Shown here in pieces: positions 24,635 through 37,676 of a DNA stretch of 64,000 nt; the stretch's first letter is position 1, and each line of letters opens with the position of its first letter. Source of the DNA: Pocillopora damicornis. Lineage: Eukaryota. The position numbers and the translations under genes were made by a program. The DNA lies in NCBI RefSeq assembly GCF_003704095.1, contig NW_020844463.1, positions 62,001 through 126,000 on the forward strand, in the 5' to 3' direction. Under the pieces are notes generated by a model that worked only from the letters and a program-made list of their open reading frames with translations, had not been told where the DNA came from and searched no databases.

Positions 24635-25950
24635 GTCGTAGCATGATGCCACGTTTTAAAACTTCCCCGCAAACTTTTCAATTGACCGAGGAATATTGTT
24701 TGAAAATGTATGCGTGCTTTCTATCGGGAATAGATTAACTTTAGATGGAAAGAAAGGTTTCATCAGTCTTCGTTTCAATACCACGATAGATGGTCTAAGA
24801 TTAAAACAATAACCGAAGTTATTGCCGCGCAATAGGGGTATATTGCTTGCTGTTAATGTACCGTTTGAGAACCTGGAATCAAGAATCATTCATCAAGATG
24901 ATTTGATCGAAATTTTCCAGTGGGCGCGTGGATGTGAAAAATTGACGCAGTCTAATGTTTCACTAACAAAATGCATGCATTGGAAGGAAAAATATCGCGC
25001 CTTCTTAGCTCAAAAGCTTCTCATTAACGCCATTACGCAATCATGGACTATGGGCGTTTTGAAGATACTGTAAACAATGACATAATCGTTCCTGAGTTTA
25101 TAGATAGCTATACCTTAGGAGCGATTAACTCAGGAATAAGGTAGATATAAAACAGACACTACATCATTTCTCGTGTTCCTTATTGACTAAAACAAACACC
25201 GGGTAAAATAAGTCTACTAAACGGGTTGATTGAAAAAAAGAAGAAGAAGTATAAAAATGAGGAAAACAAACCAAAAAGAAAAATACTTCATTGCAGTGTA
25301 AGAGGGATGAAAAGATGGACTGCATACCTTTGTAATACAACATCACGTTTTAAACGTCTAAATCACAAATTGGCTAAATTTCAAAAGGAATCCTCGATTC
25401 ATCACTGCGTCAGGCTATCAGCGATATAATTATTTTTTCTCGCTAATAATGGAGAATTCAACATGTAAGATAGATTTACTATAGACTGATAAAAGTTAGA
25501 GGCCTACCATCATCTTAACTACTCGTAATAAGATTCACTGAAATAATTGTGGTACAACATGACAAAGTATTCTAAGCCAAACTCTTAATTGAAAAAAATA
25601 TTTTCATAATTGATGAACACTGCTACATATCAGCACACGAACGCCATGTTGGATTCGCAACAACACGGCGTCATGCCCTACACAACAAACGCCTTCTTAC
25701 ATCCGGGTATATAAAGATCCGTTTTGCAAATTGCCTAGTTTTTCTTTGGATAAGTGGTTGAATGTTTTCTAAATTTCTCTAATTTAATGGGAATAATTTG
25801 TTAACCAAAATTATGCAATAAAAATAATGGTCATCGTGCTCGTTTCAGAGTGAAAGACCATCGCACCTCTTTACCTGGTCCATTGATTGAAAAGCAACAC
25901 CGCGTTCTCGGAATGCACGCGCGCTCATTCGTCCGATTACGTTATTTTTA
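24635..25950. repeat. About 1.3-kb non-coding segment, copy 1 of an inverted duplication
   Basis: Reverse complement of 30857-32812. For example, GTCATCGTGCTCGTTTCAGAGTGAAAGACCATCGCACC at about 25830 has its reverse complement at about 30940. Confidence 0.85.
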
Positions 25951-27897
25951 TGTGTATCCTGCACTGCACATAATGCAGTGCAACACTGCTTCTGTAATTA
26001 TGGGTGTTTCTGCGCACTTGTAAAGACGTGCTTTCCTGATAAGTGTCTGCATCATTCACTCGATTTTCCGTGAGAATTTAGTGTGCATAACAACCTTAAA
26101 ATTAACTGTACGCCAGAATACAAGGAATGATAGAGCTCCCTATCAGTAAATAAAGTATATTCTTTTTCCGGTGTTTTGAAGAATTTAGTTATTTATGATC
26201 CCTCTCGGGGTATAGTTTTTTTATGTATGTGGGTATGATTCAATGTTAAAATCATAGGTTATTCGAGTTTTAGCCGATAGACGAAGTTTCCTAATTTTTA
26301 CTCTTTTAATTTAACTGTTGGTGTAATTTTTTATATTACATGCATAGCCATTGTAAATGACTTCGGCTTGGAATTACATTAATCGATTAGTGTCTTTTCA
26401 TCTTTCGTTATTCCCATATTTCGAAAGAACATTTTGCCGAACATTTTGGATAGCCATTCAGCTCCAAACTAATTCGCTTTTTGACAACGGTTTTGAAGTA
26501 TGTCTCGGTTACATGACGCTATTTTTGCCGTTTTACTTTTTGATTGGGCGAATCATGTAAACCTGTTTTCATCGCCCTTTCGCCCCTTTAAGAACGTCTT
26601 CAGCAGGACTATTTTGTGAATAACAACAAATACCGGCAACAGTTGGAATAACGGTCGATCGGAAGGTTCAAACCAAAGTTCATTAAAGGAGAGAGGATTT
26701 AATGAGGTAGAAAAATTATCATGAAGCTTCCACTCGGCGTGGCATGCTCATCTTTTCCAATACCTTCATCATCTTACTTAAGTGTAAGGCAGCTCGCATG
26801 AAATTAAATGTACACCATCACCTTCAATATGCGAGAGAACAAGTGCTGTCTTACCTTTGGAAAATTTTTTCCCTCCCTGAAATGCTTACATCTCTAAAAT
26901 GAACGGGAATGCTTTTGCTTTAGTTTTCTTTTTAAAATTTCTCGGCAGTCTCAGACTGCGCTAATAAGGTTGAAAATTCGTAGAGGGAGACGCACCAACA
27001 GATGAACTTTGTCATATGAGGTTTATATCCACCCAAGGACGTTTATTAGCTCATCCTTAGGACGTACCTCCTGAGGTTCTTTTTTCACTGTAATTTATAT
27101 ATCTGTTATGTCCTAGAATGATCATCATATTACCAAAGGTTGTTACTGTTTTGATTGACGTCGATTTTTTTAATTCAAATACACTATAACATTTAATTCG
27201 GTGTTCGATGAGAAGAGATTTTTAAACCTTTTTCAAGGCGGCTTTGCATACTCTCTAAGAGCCTTTCAATCTTTTTTATACATGTCTACAGATCAATTCT
27301 AATATTGTTTAGAAATGTGCAGATTAGCAGGTGTTAAACTTGAAAAAAGCACCAGGAAATGAGTTAAACCCCGTAATGGCGATTATGTGTGTGAAATTGA
27401 AACTTTAACATTTGATGGAAGAGCAAAATACACCTTTTGTTGTTCATTTACGCAAAATGTACATTCATTTAAGTCAACAGTTGAAACTATACGGTAAATA
27501 TACCTTCATTAGCACTTCCATGAACTTCATTCACACTCCCCATTTTTTTTTTAAATTCAATTGATCAATGAATTATTGAGGAACTTTCTAGACTTGCGTC
27601 TTCGGAGTGATCCCAATCTTCATTTCCCATTTCAAAAAAAAATATTGTAATAACCTCCGTTAATTGGTACGCCTCAACAATAATAGTTGAATTTACGGAG
27701 AAGTGCCAAGAATATTTTTGAGTAAATAGGACTCTTTAGAAGGTATTTCCATAGCTATTTATGGAAAGCGCTAAGACTATAAGTTCATGAATTTTGGAAA
27801 ACTCCGCTTCCCTGTCCTTCCATTAGTTACTTTCGAGGGTGAGTGAATTAAACAGGTGATTGCCATAACGTTAACCCGATCAAGGGATTGTGGAGGA

Positions 27898-29718
27898 TCA
27901 TTCTACACTGGCGTCTTCGTTGTGTCCACAATCATGATTTCCCCATCCATCATGGTTGCACTCGTCGATGCGTAACTCATATCCTGAGCAGTCCAGACTA
28001 TCAATCCATATCTGACCAGACCCTTGACCATGCTTGGCGCCATGAAAGGCTTGAGTGGCTGAAGGAAAGCCCAGCTGTCTGCAAATCACATGAGCGTCGT
28101 TGATGTCCCAGCCGTCTTCACAGATTGTTCCCCATTGGCCGCCATGGTAAACTTCTACCCTCCCAGTTAGTGTCGTGTTTCCTCCAACAAGGCGAATTGT
28201 GTTATAAGCTGTATGAAAAAATTCAAAAAAACTATTATTAATAGGCTTTTGCCGTTATTCCTTCCACTATTATAAGTCAGATTATCTTAAGGAACATTGA
28301 TTTCACAGTTGCACCATGATGAACAACTATTTACTGAAGTGGAGGTGGCTAGTGGTGAATATTTCATTGTGATGAATAGTTGGCTTTCTAAATACCAAAA
28401 CAGTACGATTATATGGCACAAAATGATGATTTTAACTCACTTAAAACGATTACAAAGTATTCGGGCGCAAATCCCGAAAACTGTTCAGAGTTTGAGTAGC
28501 CATAAGAATTCACCTTCAACTCTATCCACTGTTTCAGTATATAAGAATATATCACTGTCATGGTTCGCTGTTCACTTTTTCATTCATACCTCAGTTATTT
28601 CATTCGTGTTCTTCCTTTGCCGCATGGCTAAGTCACTCATTACTTGTTGTAAGAATTTATGTCTCTACCCATTCTTTCTCTGCTCGCTGTTTCTAGAGCG
28701 CATGCCTGCACCAATTTTTCTGTGGTTAAATTTGGTTTTCTCTCTTGAACTATAGTCATATATTTACATCGACGTTTTTGTTAAAGTAACTACCTTGGTT
28801 GTTTATTCCTGAGTTTTATTGAAGGATGTGCAGCCCCAGTTATTCGGCATTAGAACCTTTGATTTTGCAAAACCTGTAAATGTTTATATCTCTGATGTGA
28901 TCTGCTTATGGTTTAAAAGCCACCTAGTTATCAAGCTAACCAAGTCGAGTGGAAATGTAGGATTGAAGGACAGTTAACATCTGTTCGCCAAATCGGAGGT
29001 GGCTTGTTATGGAAGTTTACCAAGCGTCGAAGCGGCAAGTTAAATACCCACTTACCGACATTGAGATGAAAAGTTGTTTTAATATATAATGAAACATTGA
29101 GATAATATAACAAGAAAGGTGATTTTAATTCATTTCTTCCTGCAACGATTACAATATTTTCGGGCGCGAATCCCGCTCGAGTTGTTTAGAGGTGAACAGA
29201 AGGGGATATTTGGAGTCTGAGTAGCCAATCAGAGCGCGCCTTCAAAGCTATCCACCGTTTTAGTATATGCTAATTATTCTGAATCATTCTTTCATTTTAC
29301 TTACTTTTGCAGTAATTACAAGAGTACACGAATTCTGAAAAGTTTTGCAAAGATCTCTTACCATGGTAACTTGCCGCAAACCCAGTACTTGAAACTTTAT
29401 TGTCACTGCTAAAGGTAACATAAAGCTGATTGGATGAGCTTGTGATGACCGCTGGCAAGGAGTTTCCGTGGTATTTGCCTATTAAAGAGGACATCATAGA
29501 TCCGCCATCGTACACGTAAATATAGTCGTGATTTTCTTCAGTATCGAATCTGAAAAATACTAGTTCCACATTAGTACTAGAAAATATACTCCAACTGCAG
29601 TTCACATCATGAGCGTAGGCACCATCTCTGTTTGAAAATATTATTCCACTTGAACTTGATCGAACTGTCAACTTGTCCGCACATGAACTGGAAACAGTCG
29701 CAAATGGCTGACCAGATA
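27898..29718 (-). CDS. CUB + SRCR 3' end of a cluster gene (gene B, 5'-partial); SRCR truncated by a nonsense codon at its last Cys
   Basis: Exons 29718-29362 (CUB, 357 nt) and 28208-27898 (SRCR). TGA at 27900-27898 stands where the paralog has TGC. The donor of the next upstream CUB exon sits at the gap edge (30219). Confidence 0.8.
28975..29275. repeat. Dispersed repeat of about 300 bp (copies also at about 28320-28545, 39838-40080, 40490-40778, 59881-60160)
   Basis: Shared blocks GGAGGTGGCT(A/G)GTGGTG, CGCGAATCCCGC, GAGGTGAATA, TTGAGTAGCCAATCAGAGCGCGCCTT, TATCCACTGTTTTAGTATAT. Confidence 0.75.
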
Positions 29719-30856
29719 CTGAAAGAGACGATAAAATAACGTTAAGAAATGAAAACAATAGAAATAAATACCACATTATCAAAAAATGTTGAACCAAAAG
29801 AACAGAATGCGAAAACGATTTTTTAGAATTCCTTTTTAGCCGTTTACGAGAACAATATCAAGAAAGCGACATGTTGAAAACAACGTAGTACGCTCGACTT
29901 TACATACATTAGTTGTAGACGACTCCTGATCAGCCGCTATTGTAATACCATTACAATAAATGCAAGGAGATGGAAATTATAGAGACAAGGATGGAGGAGG
30001 GTGTAAGAAATAATAGTATGGTAAATGATGGATTGTTTATCCGTATTATCTCAGTTAGTGCAAGAACTTATTTGGTTCGGATGAGTGCCGTAAGGCCGAG
30101 TTCAAGATGAAAACATAAAGCATGGTCCTGAATTTCGGACGTTCCGAACAGCCTTAACAAATTTTGGAAAGCTGATTCCCGGCCAAGAGCTACCTTTTAT
30201 CGAAACGAGTTGATACTTANNNNNNNNNNNNNNNNNNNNNNNNNNNNNNNNNNNNNNNNNNNNNNNNNNNNNNNNNNNNNNNNNNNNNNNNNNNNNNNNN
30301 NNNNNNNNNNNNNNNNNNNTAAAAAAAATAATTAAAAAAAACGGCCAGGTACCTTCAAAATTTCAGGATTACGTGCGAATCCTGCCTTGAACTTTCGTGG
30401 CCCCACGTGACCTTGCAAAGCATAAGCTCGTTTGTGGGATTCCTCCGAGCAGCAATTATATTGGTTTGCCACGTTGGTTATCACACAGAGGAAAAAATAT
30501 TTGCAACATTTTTAACACTACTGGATAGGCCTGAAGGGTTGAAAAAAATTAAAACCAGAGCTTGTCTCTGTAAGTTAATGACACGTAACTCTTGTGTTCG
30601 GTGCTGGGAATTGAGTCCAGGATATTGAGAAAAAAGCTGTACTCGATCAATTCCTTCGCTCGGTTCCACAAAACAAAACACCTGTATAATTCTGTTCACA
30701 CCCTTTACACTTGTGGATGAGCTGGAGCTCATACACACTTAAAAACTTGCCCTGGAAGTATTGTGACCATGCCCCTGAACATTCATTTTGTTTGAAATTA
30801 CGGTATTTCGTTTAAGGTGACTCCTTAGTATTGCACTGCGCATCCTATACTGCGCT

Positions 30857-32812
30857 TAAAAATAACGTAATCGGGCGAAGAAGCGCGCGTGCATTCCGAG
30901 AACGCGGTGTTGCTTTTCAATCAATGGACCAGGTAAAGAGGTGCGATGGTCTTTCACTCTGAAACGAGCACGATGACCTATATTTTTGCTGCATAGTTTT
31001 GGTTAACAAATTATCCCCATTAAATAAGAGAAATTTTAGAAAAAATTCATTGAAGCCCGTTACTCAATGAATGAAATTATGACCTTAAAAGCAGCGACTG
31101 GGGGAACGCGTGATTTGACTCAATGTCATTTAAAATTGCCTGATTTTTTCACTAATCATTCTGTAGAGCTGTAATCGGACAGTTGGCTGTAATCGGCACC
31201 TATAATCGGACAGTTGAAGTAGTTAATCATACAAAGTCCACTCAGCCAAATCCACTAATCACAGAATTAAACACGATAACCATTGCGACAGCCATTTATT
31301 CTTTAAAAAAATTTGGGAAATGGAGAAATTTTTTTACTTTGGGCATTGTTTCTACCGGAGATATTCGACCTAAATGTAGTTGTTGTTTTCGGAAATTGAA
31401 ACGGTTGTGATTAATTGGTAAGAGAACTTCTTTTCGTCCAATTCTGTCTGTAATCATACTCTTGATTGACAAATTGGGCTCCCGCTTCGCGATCCTCCTA
31501 TTTTGTTAATCACTCGAATGATTACAGAGCGAATTGGACTCTACTCAGTCCTATTACCATTATTAATCATAACCATTACAAATTCCTTAATTGCTATTGG
31601 TGCATACGCAGATTCAGTTTTCACGAATCATTCTCTACACTTGTGATCGGACAATGCAATCTGACAGTTGGCTGTAATCCGACACCTGTAATCGGAAAGA
31701 TGAAGCATCTAATTATATTATTATTTAAATCCAACAATCACAGAATTGATCACAATAACCATAGCGACAACCACTTATCCAAAGAAAAACGTCGTGTTGT
31801 TGTGAATCCAACATGGCGTTCGTGTGCTGATTTGTAGCAGTGTTCATCGATTATGAAAATAATTTTTTCAATTAAGAGTTTGGTTTAGATTGCTTTGTCA
31901 TGGTGCATCACAATTAATTCAGTGAATNNNNNNNNNNNNNNNNNNNNNNNNNNNNNNNNNNNNNNNNNNNNNNNNNNNNNNNNNNNNNNNNNNNNNNNNN
32001 NNNNNNNNNNNNGAGTTGGCGAAAAAAATTATAATATCGCTGACAGCTTGACGCAGTGTTAAATCGAGGATTGGGAGTCCTTCTTTTTGAAATTTAGCCA
32101 ATTTGTGATGTAGAAGTTTAAAACGTGGTGTTGTATTACAAAGACCTGCATTCCATCTTTTCATCCTCCCTGCACTGCAATGAAGTTTTTTTTTTTTGTT
32201 TGTTTTCTTCAGTTTTTTACTTGTTCTTCTTTTTTTCAATCAACCCGTTTAGTACACATATTCTTCCTGGTACAGGAGAGCTGATGTAACGTTTGTTCTA
32301 TATCTACCTTTTTCCTGAGTTTATTGCCCCTAAGGTATAGCTATATATAGGCTCAGGAACAACTATGTCATTGTTTAAATATCTTCAAGACGCCTATAGT
32401 CCATGATTGCGTAATGACGTTAACGAAAAGCTTTTGAGCAAAGAAGGCGCGATATTCGTTCCTTCAAATGCATGCATTTTGCTAGTGAAACATTAGATTG
32501 CGTCAATTTTTCACATCCAGGCGCCCACTGGAAAATTTCGATGAGATCATCTTGACGGATGATTCTTGATTCCAGGTCCTAAAACGGTACATTAACAGCA
32601 AGCAATATATCCCTATTGCGCGGCAATAACTTCGATTATTGTTTTAATCTTAGACCACCTATCGGGAAATTGAAACGAAAACTGATGAAACCTTTCTTTC
32701 CATCTAAAGTTAATCTATTCCGATAGAAAGCACGCATACATTTGCAAATCAATATTCCTCAGTCAACTGAAAAGTTTGCGAGCAATTTTTAAAACGTGGC
32801 ATCATGCTACGA
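30857..32812. repeat. Copy 2 of the inverted duplication, interrupted by a roughly 740-bp repeat insertion (about 31050-31790) and an 85-N gap
   Basis: Reverse complement of 24635-25950. The insertion contains direct repeats of GTAATCGGACAGTTGGCTGTAATC. Confidence 0.8.
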
Positions 32813-34076
32813 CTATCTATGAAATAATACTAGAAACTGTTTTTTTTTAAATTGATGATTGGATTTAATTGTAAACAACAAGTTCTTAAGTAGCTGTGGT
32901 GCATTTTGAACAAAAGAAAATGAGCTGGGAAAGAGACTGACAGCCTTGCATTCGTGACTTTTGAATGATCTTATTTCACGTAAATTAGTCATATGTTAAG
33001 TATATCGCACGAGAGTGTTTTCCAATGAGTCGGAAAGAACTTAATGCTAGCCTGAAATTCCGATTTAAACTTTGGACCATTTTTTGCGTAATTTCATATT
33101 TGAAATACATAGCGTTTTCTTGGCAGACACCTTGATGCAGTGATGCACGAGAAGCCCAATTAGCCCTGTGCTAATAAGGCGATACTACTGTAAAACATAC
33201 AATAATATCGAAGCATACAAAAATATATAATATATAACGCAGGTTATTAAAGCGCGCGGGGAACAGTAAACATAAACTAGGCGCGCGTTAAATTTAGCAA
33301 TTGATTATGATAAAATGAATGTTAAGTCAAACAATATTGATTAAGCGTTTTCTCGCGAAAGTGAAAAATAGAAGAAATTTTTTTAAAGAAGGTGAGACTT
33401 AAAGTGAACATCAACACTTCCTCTGTTTCAGTCAGTGGGTGTTGATAAATGGGAAAAATTAATGCATGTGAAGTATATTGAAAAATAAAAACAGAGTTGT
33501 AGGTCACCTAAATGCGCTAATGGCTCAAGAAAGCTTACTCAAGAAATAAAACAATCATCTCTCATGCCATCTAATGTTCCAGATGATATTTAACCTAGAA
33601 TATATTATCCTCCGAGGATGACAAAATGAGACAAAGCTGAACATTAATTAACCTAATTTTGACTTTCCTCGTTATTGCCTATTTAATTTATTTTCACTTC
33701 TTCCACTGAAACGTACATAATTCTTGCATAGAAAGCTCATAATAAAAACCCTAATGTATAATTTTCTTATATCTAAGGACAATTTTCCCTCTTCCTGTAG
33801 TTCTTATTTTACCGTTTGACAGGTAATGAACCTGCAGGAAAGATAGGTTGACTTCTTTTATCTTCTCTTTACGGGTGGTGTTTAAGTGTGATGAAAACAA
33901 AAATAGATTGCTTTTTGACGTGAAGTTTTGAAAGACAGGTTTCCAAATGTTGATGAAGCGTTTTCCTCGCGAGAGANNNNNNNNNNNNNNNNNNNNNNNN
34001 NNNNNNNNNNNNNNNNNNNNNNNNNNNNNNNNNNNNNNNNNNNNNNNNNNNNNNNNNNNNNNNNNNNNNNNNNNNN

Positions 34077-37000
34077 TGGTGTTGGTGGAAGATTATAAAC
34101 AAAATAGGAGCCACAGTTCCTCACTTCAATGTTGATGTTCCAGAAACAACAGTTTGAACTCCAGTTGAAGCAGACCTGTCGTGTAACTTTTCCGTCAGCT
34201 GTAGTAGGGTGGACTCCGTTTAACCAACCAGTAGAGCATGCGTCGCACCTGTTCGTAGGTGGGCATGTGGTAGGCATCCGTGTACCTGCGGCATCTTTGA
34301 AACGATACCAGCCACTGAGGGAGCTATCACACGTGTAACAGCCCCTTGTGTTTGAGGTTTTTCTATCACTTGTAGTAAGAGATTGGTAATTCTCACATTC
34401 TGAAAAATTCATCGCAAGGGTATATTGATACGCATTACTATATTAGTACATGGCTTGTGGTCAATACAAGGCGCGCTATGATTGGCTAAAATTGAGATCA
34501 AAGCAATTGAACTGGGCCTATTATTGCTCACGCAAATTAGGAGGAACAAAAAAACTCATTCAAGGGCCGAGAATTCTTTTTTTGTTTCTTTTTTTTTTTT
34601 TTCGTCATCGCGGAAAATGGTCGGGAATGTGATAACAACCTTATTTCTCGTCGATAGATATGAGAAGGTAAAATCGTTTTTATTTACCCGCTGATAACCT
34701 TAACCATTAGTAAAGTTTACAGCGGTGTCCGCAAAATCCAACTTACGGACAGAATGACAACACAATAAATTGGCCAAACCTCTCCCACATAAAAACCCTA
34801 AAATAGCAAAACTTCGGTGAAAAATCATAAAATCAAAGAATGTATCACGCTTTTTTTACCTTCCGGTAGCGCTATCTCGCAACTGATTTTCCCGTCTCCT
34901 GTATATCCAGCATTACATGTACAGCTGTATGATCCGTCTGTGTTGATACAAGATGCAAGGTCGGGAAGACATCCATGGGATCCTTGAGTGCATTCATCAA
35001 TATCTGATGACGATTCAATAAAGTTTGATAAATAAAGAACTTACAAGGAGAAAAAGGAGTATGATATGGCCAATCATCTCATCACCTGTGCAAGTCAGTC
35101 CATCCCCAGTGTATCCTGTTTTGCAGGAGCAATTAAAAGATCCCACAGTGTTTCCACATATTGCATTTGCATCACACGGACTTACAGAAAAACTGCATTC
35201 ATCTGCGTCTGAAATGAATCAAACAGGCATGTAATGTCAAAAAATATTGATTCACTGAGGGGCTTGGGGCATTAAATGTTTCGGTATTGCCGGCTATTTT
35301 ATTTGTACAACACCGAACCTTAGATGTTTCAAAAAAGGTTAAGGAGTGGACTTCAGCTTTCTCAAGGTCTGGATAGAGAAAGATATTTTTATGTTTTCCG
35401 AAATTTCCGAAGTTCTGTTTGTTACTATGGTCGTTGTTTTTGCATACACCTGATATTGCCTTAAAAATCCTCATCATTAGTAGAAATTTAGAAAAATTAG
35501 AAATTTAGATCAATATCTCTTACCAGTGCAGGTTCTTCCGTCTCCAGTGTATCCGCTTTGACACAAACATTGAAATGATCCAACAGTATTTTGACAGGAG
35601 GCTAAGGGATCNNNNNNNNNNNNNNNNNNNNNNNNNNNNNNNNNNNNNNNNNNNNNNNNNNNNNNNNNNNNNNNNNNNNNNNNNNNNNNNNNNNNNNNNN
35701 NNNNNNNNNNNNNNNNNNNNNNNNNNNNNNNNNNNNNNNNNNNNNNNNNNNNNNNNNNNNNNNNNNNNNNNNNNNNNNNNNNNNNNNNNNNNNNNNNNNN
35801 NNNNNNNNNNNNNNNNNNNNNNNNNNNNNNNNNNNNNNNNNNNNNNNNNNNNNNNNNNNNNNNNNNNNNNNNNNNNNNNNNNNNNNNNNNNNNGAACGAA
35901 AACGAAGCCATAAGTTTGCTTTTACTTCAGTTCTCGTGTCTCTTTTTAGCTTCTTGTCCAAATGCGGGAGGTTTAAACCGGAAAGGCCTACAGTTAAGGC
36001 TTCTCTGAAAATCCTCTCTTTCCAGGAAGATTAATTGCGTAACTTTCTGGTGAATATGAATTTAGTTAGAAATGATTGATTTAAGGGGAAGCAGTTTTCC
36101 TGATGTCTACCAGTTTCTTACCACTGCAGGTTTTTCCGTTTCCATAAAATCCCGATTTACATGAGCAAAGATAACATCCAAAAGTATTCTGACAGTCGGC
36201 GTTAGGGTCACAAACTGCACTGCCAGTACTGCACTCGTTGACATCTGGAAGAAAACACCATAGAGAGGCCAACTGCAACTTCTTATGACAATCCAAATTA
36301 ATACGCCCTTGGGTAGTTACAAAGGGGACAGTGGAAAGGTTTGATAAGGAAATAAATGCGAAGTCTCTCACCGGAACATGCTTTCCCACTTCCAGTAAAA
36401 CCAGGCTTGCACGAGCAAACATATGAACCCCAGGTATTCTGACAGTTTGCATTGATATCACAGGGTCTAAATGAGCCCTTACATTCATCCAGATCTTAAA
36501 AAAAGTAGAGATGTCAAGATTACACTTTTTTATCTATTCAATTTTTTTTCCTTGCAAAGTTGGCATACTAATTGCTTTTCAGTTAATATCAGAGATAAGA
36601 CAAAAAAGTATTCTTAGAGCTCCTCTCATTCAAGGGATTACAATTTCTTTCCTAGCTTCTGTGATTTATAACTGTCCTAACCATGGTTATCGCTTATGAA
36701 TGTTGCGCAGTAAAACGCTGAGACTGCTACTTCTCTGAGAAATAGAGACAGGCTGGTGAATGGAGAACATGGAAATAGAGTATTAGCCACCGCTGACAAA
36801 AGGTTAACAGCACCCAGCTNNNNNNNNNNNNNNNNNNNNNNNNNNNNNNNNNNNNNNNNNNNNNNNNNNNNNNNNNNNNNNNNNNNNNNNNNNNNNNNNN
36901 NNNNNNNNNNNNNNNNNNNNNNNNNNNNNNNNNNNNNNNNNNNNNNNNNNNNNNNNNNNNNNNNNNNNNNNNNNNNNNNNNNNNNNNNNNNNNNNNNNNN

Positions 37001-37436
37001 NNNNNNNNNNNNNNNNNNNNNNNNNNNNNNNNNNNNNNNNNNNNNNNNNNNNNNNNNNNNNNNNNNNNNNNNNNNNNNNNNNNNNNNNNNNNNNNNNNNN
37101 NNNNNNNNNNNNNNNNNNNNNNNNNNNNNNNNNNNNNNNNNNNNNNNNNNNNNNNNNNNNNNNNNNNNNNNNNNNNNNNNNNNNNNNNNNNNNNNNNNNN
37201 NNNNNNNNNNNNNNNNNNNNNNNNNNNNNNNNNNNNNNNNNNNNNNNNNNNNNNNNNNNNNNNNNTATTTTATTTAGTCTGTTTACCTTCCGTCTCCATG
37301 TTACAATGAGCCTGGACAACTTCTCCAGGTATTAAAGAATCAAACCAGTATTTGCCACTGGTCGCATGTCCTCCCTCACTCGCCTTGATTTCTCGACAAG
37401 TTTCAGCCGAAACCTCAGGGACTGAACCAAGTGGAA
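34077..37436 (-). CDS. Uromodulin/GP2-like protein: COLFI-N-like minidomain + at least 5 cbEGF + D8C domain (cluster gene C, partial at both ends)
   Basis: Phase-1 exons 37436-37287, 36494-36372, 36244-36122, (gap)35611-35524, 35208-35086, 35003-34860, 34399-34077(gap). cbEGF consensus D[ILV][DN]EC..C..NA.C.NT.GS[YF].C.C..G[FY].G.G..C. D8C: CD....GWYRF...AGTRMPT.C....C.....GWLNG.HPT..DG.VTR.VCF.W..NCC.W..NIEVRNCG.YFVY.L. Confidence 0.85.
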
Positions 37437-37676
37437 CTAAGAAAAATTAAGGGCATTTAAGTTCTCTTTAACCTCTTTAACAGTTTAAGAAACTGTTGTG
37501 AGGTGATAATCAGGAAAGTTCCTTTACCTCACATCCCCTTTTTTTGTTCACAAGAAAAAAAGATCACTTCATCGCCNNNNNNNNNNNNNNNNNNNNNNNN
37601 NNNNNNNNNNNNNNNNNNNNNNNNNNNNNNNNNNNNNNNNNNNNNNNNNNNNNNNNNNNNNNNNNNNNNNNNNNNN

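Larger units (their letters stand above)
26421..30219. repeat. About 3.8-kb segmental duplication, copy 1 (direct copy at 37677-41705)
   Basis: Colinear from TCGAAAGA..TTTTGGATAGCCATTCAGCTCC to ..GTTGATACTTA, including the SRCR and CUB exons and their introns, with many substitutions and several indels. Confidence 0.9.

Noticed and set aside
26855-26960. Shared 5'-UTR exon (minus-strand donor AAG|GTAAGA at 26855 and 38105) for genes A and C
   Set aside because: Conservation is explained by the segmental duplication alone, and the matching acceptor at 23587 is weak.
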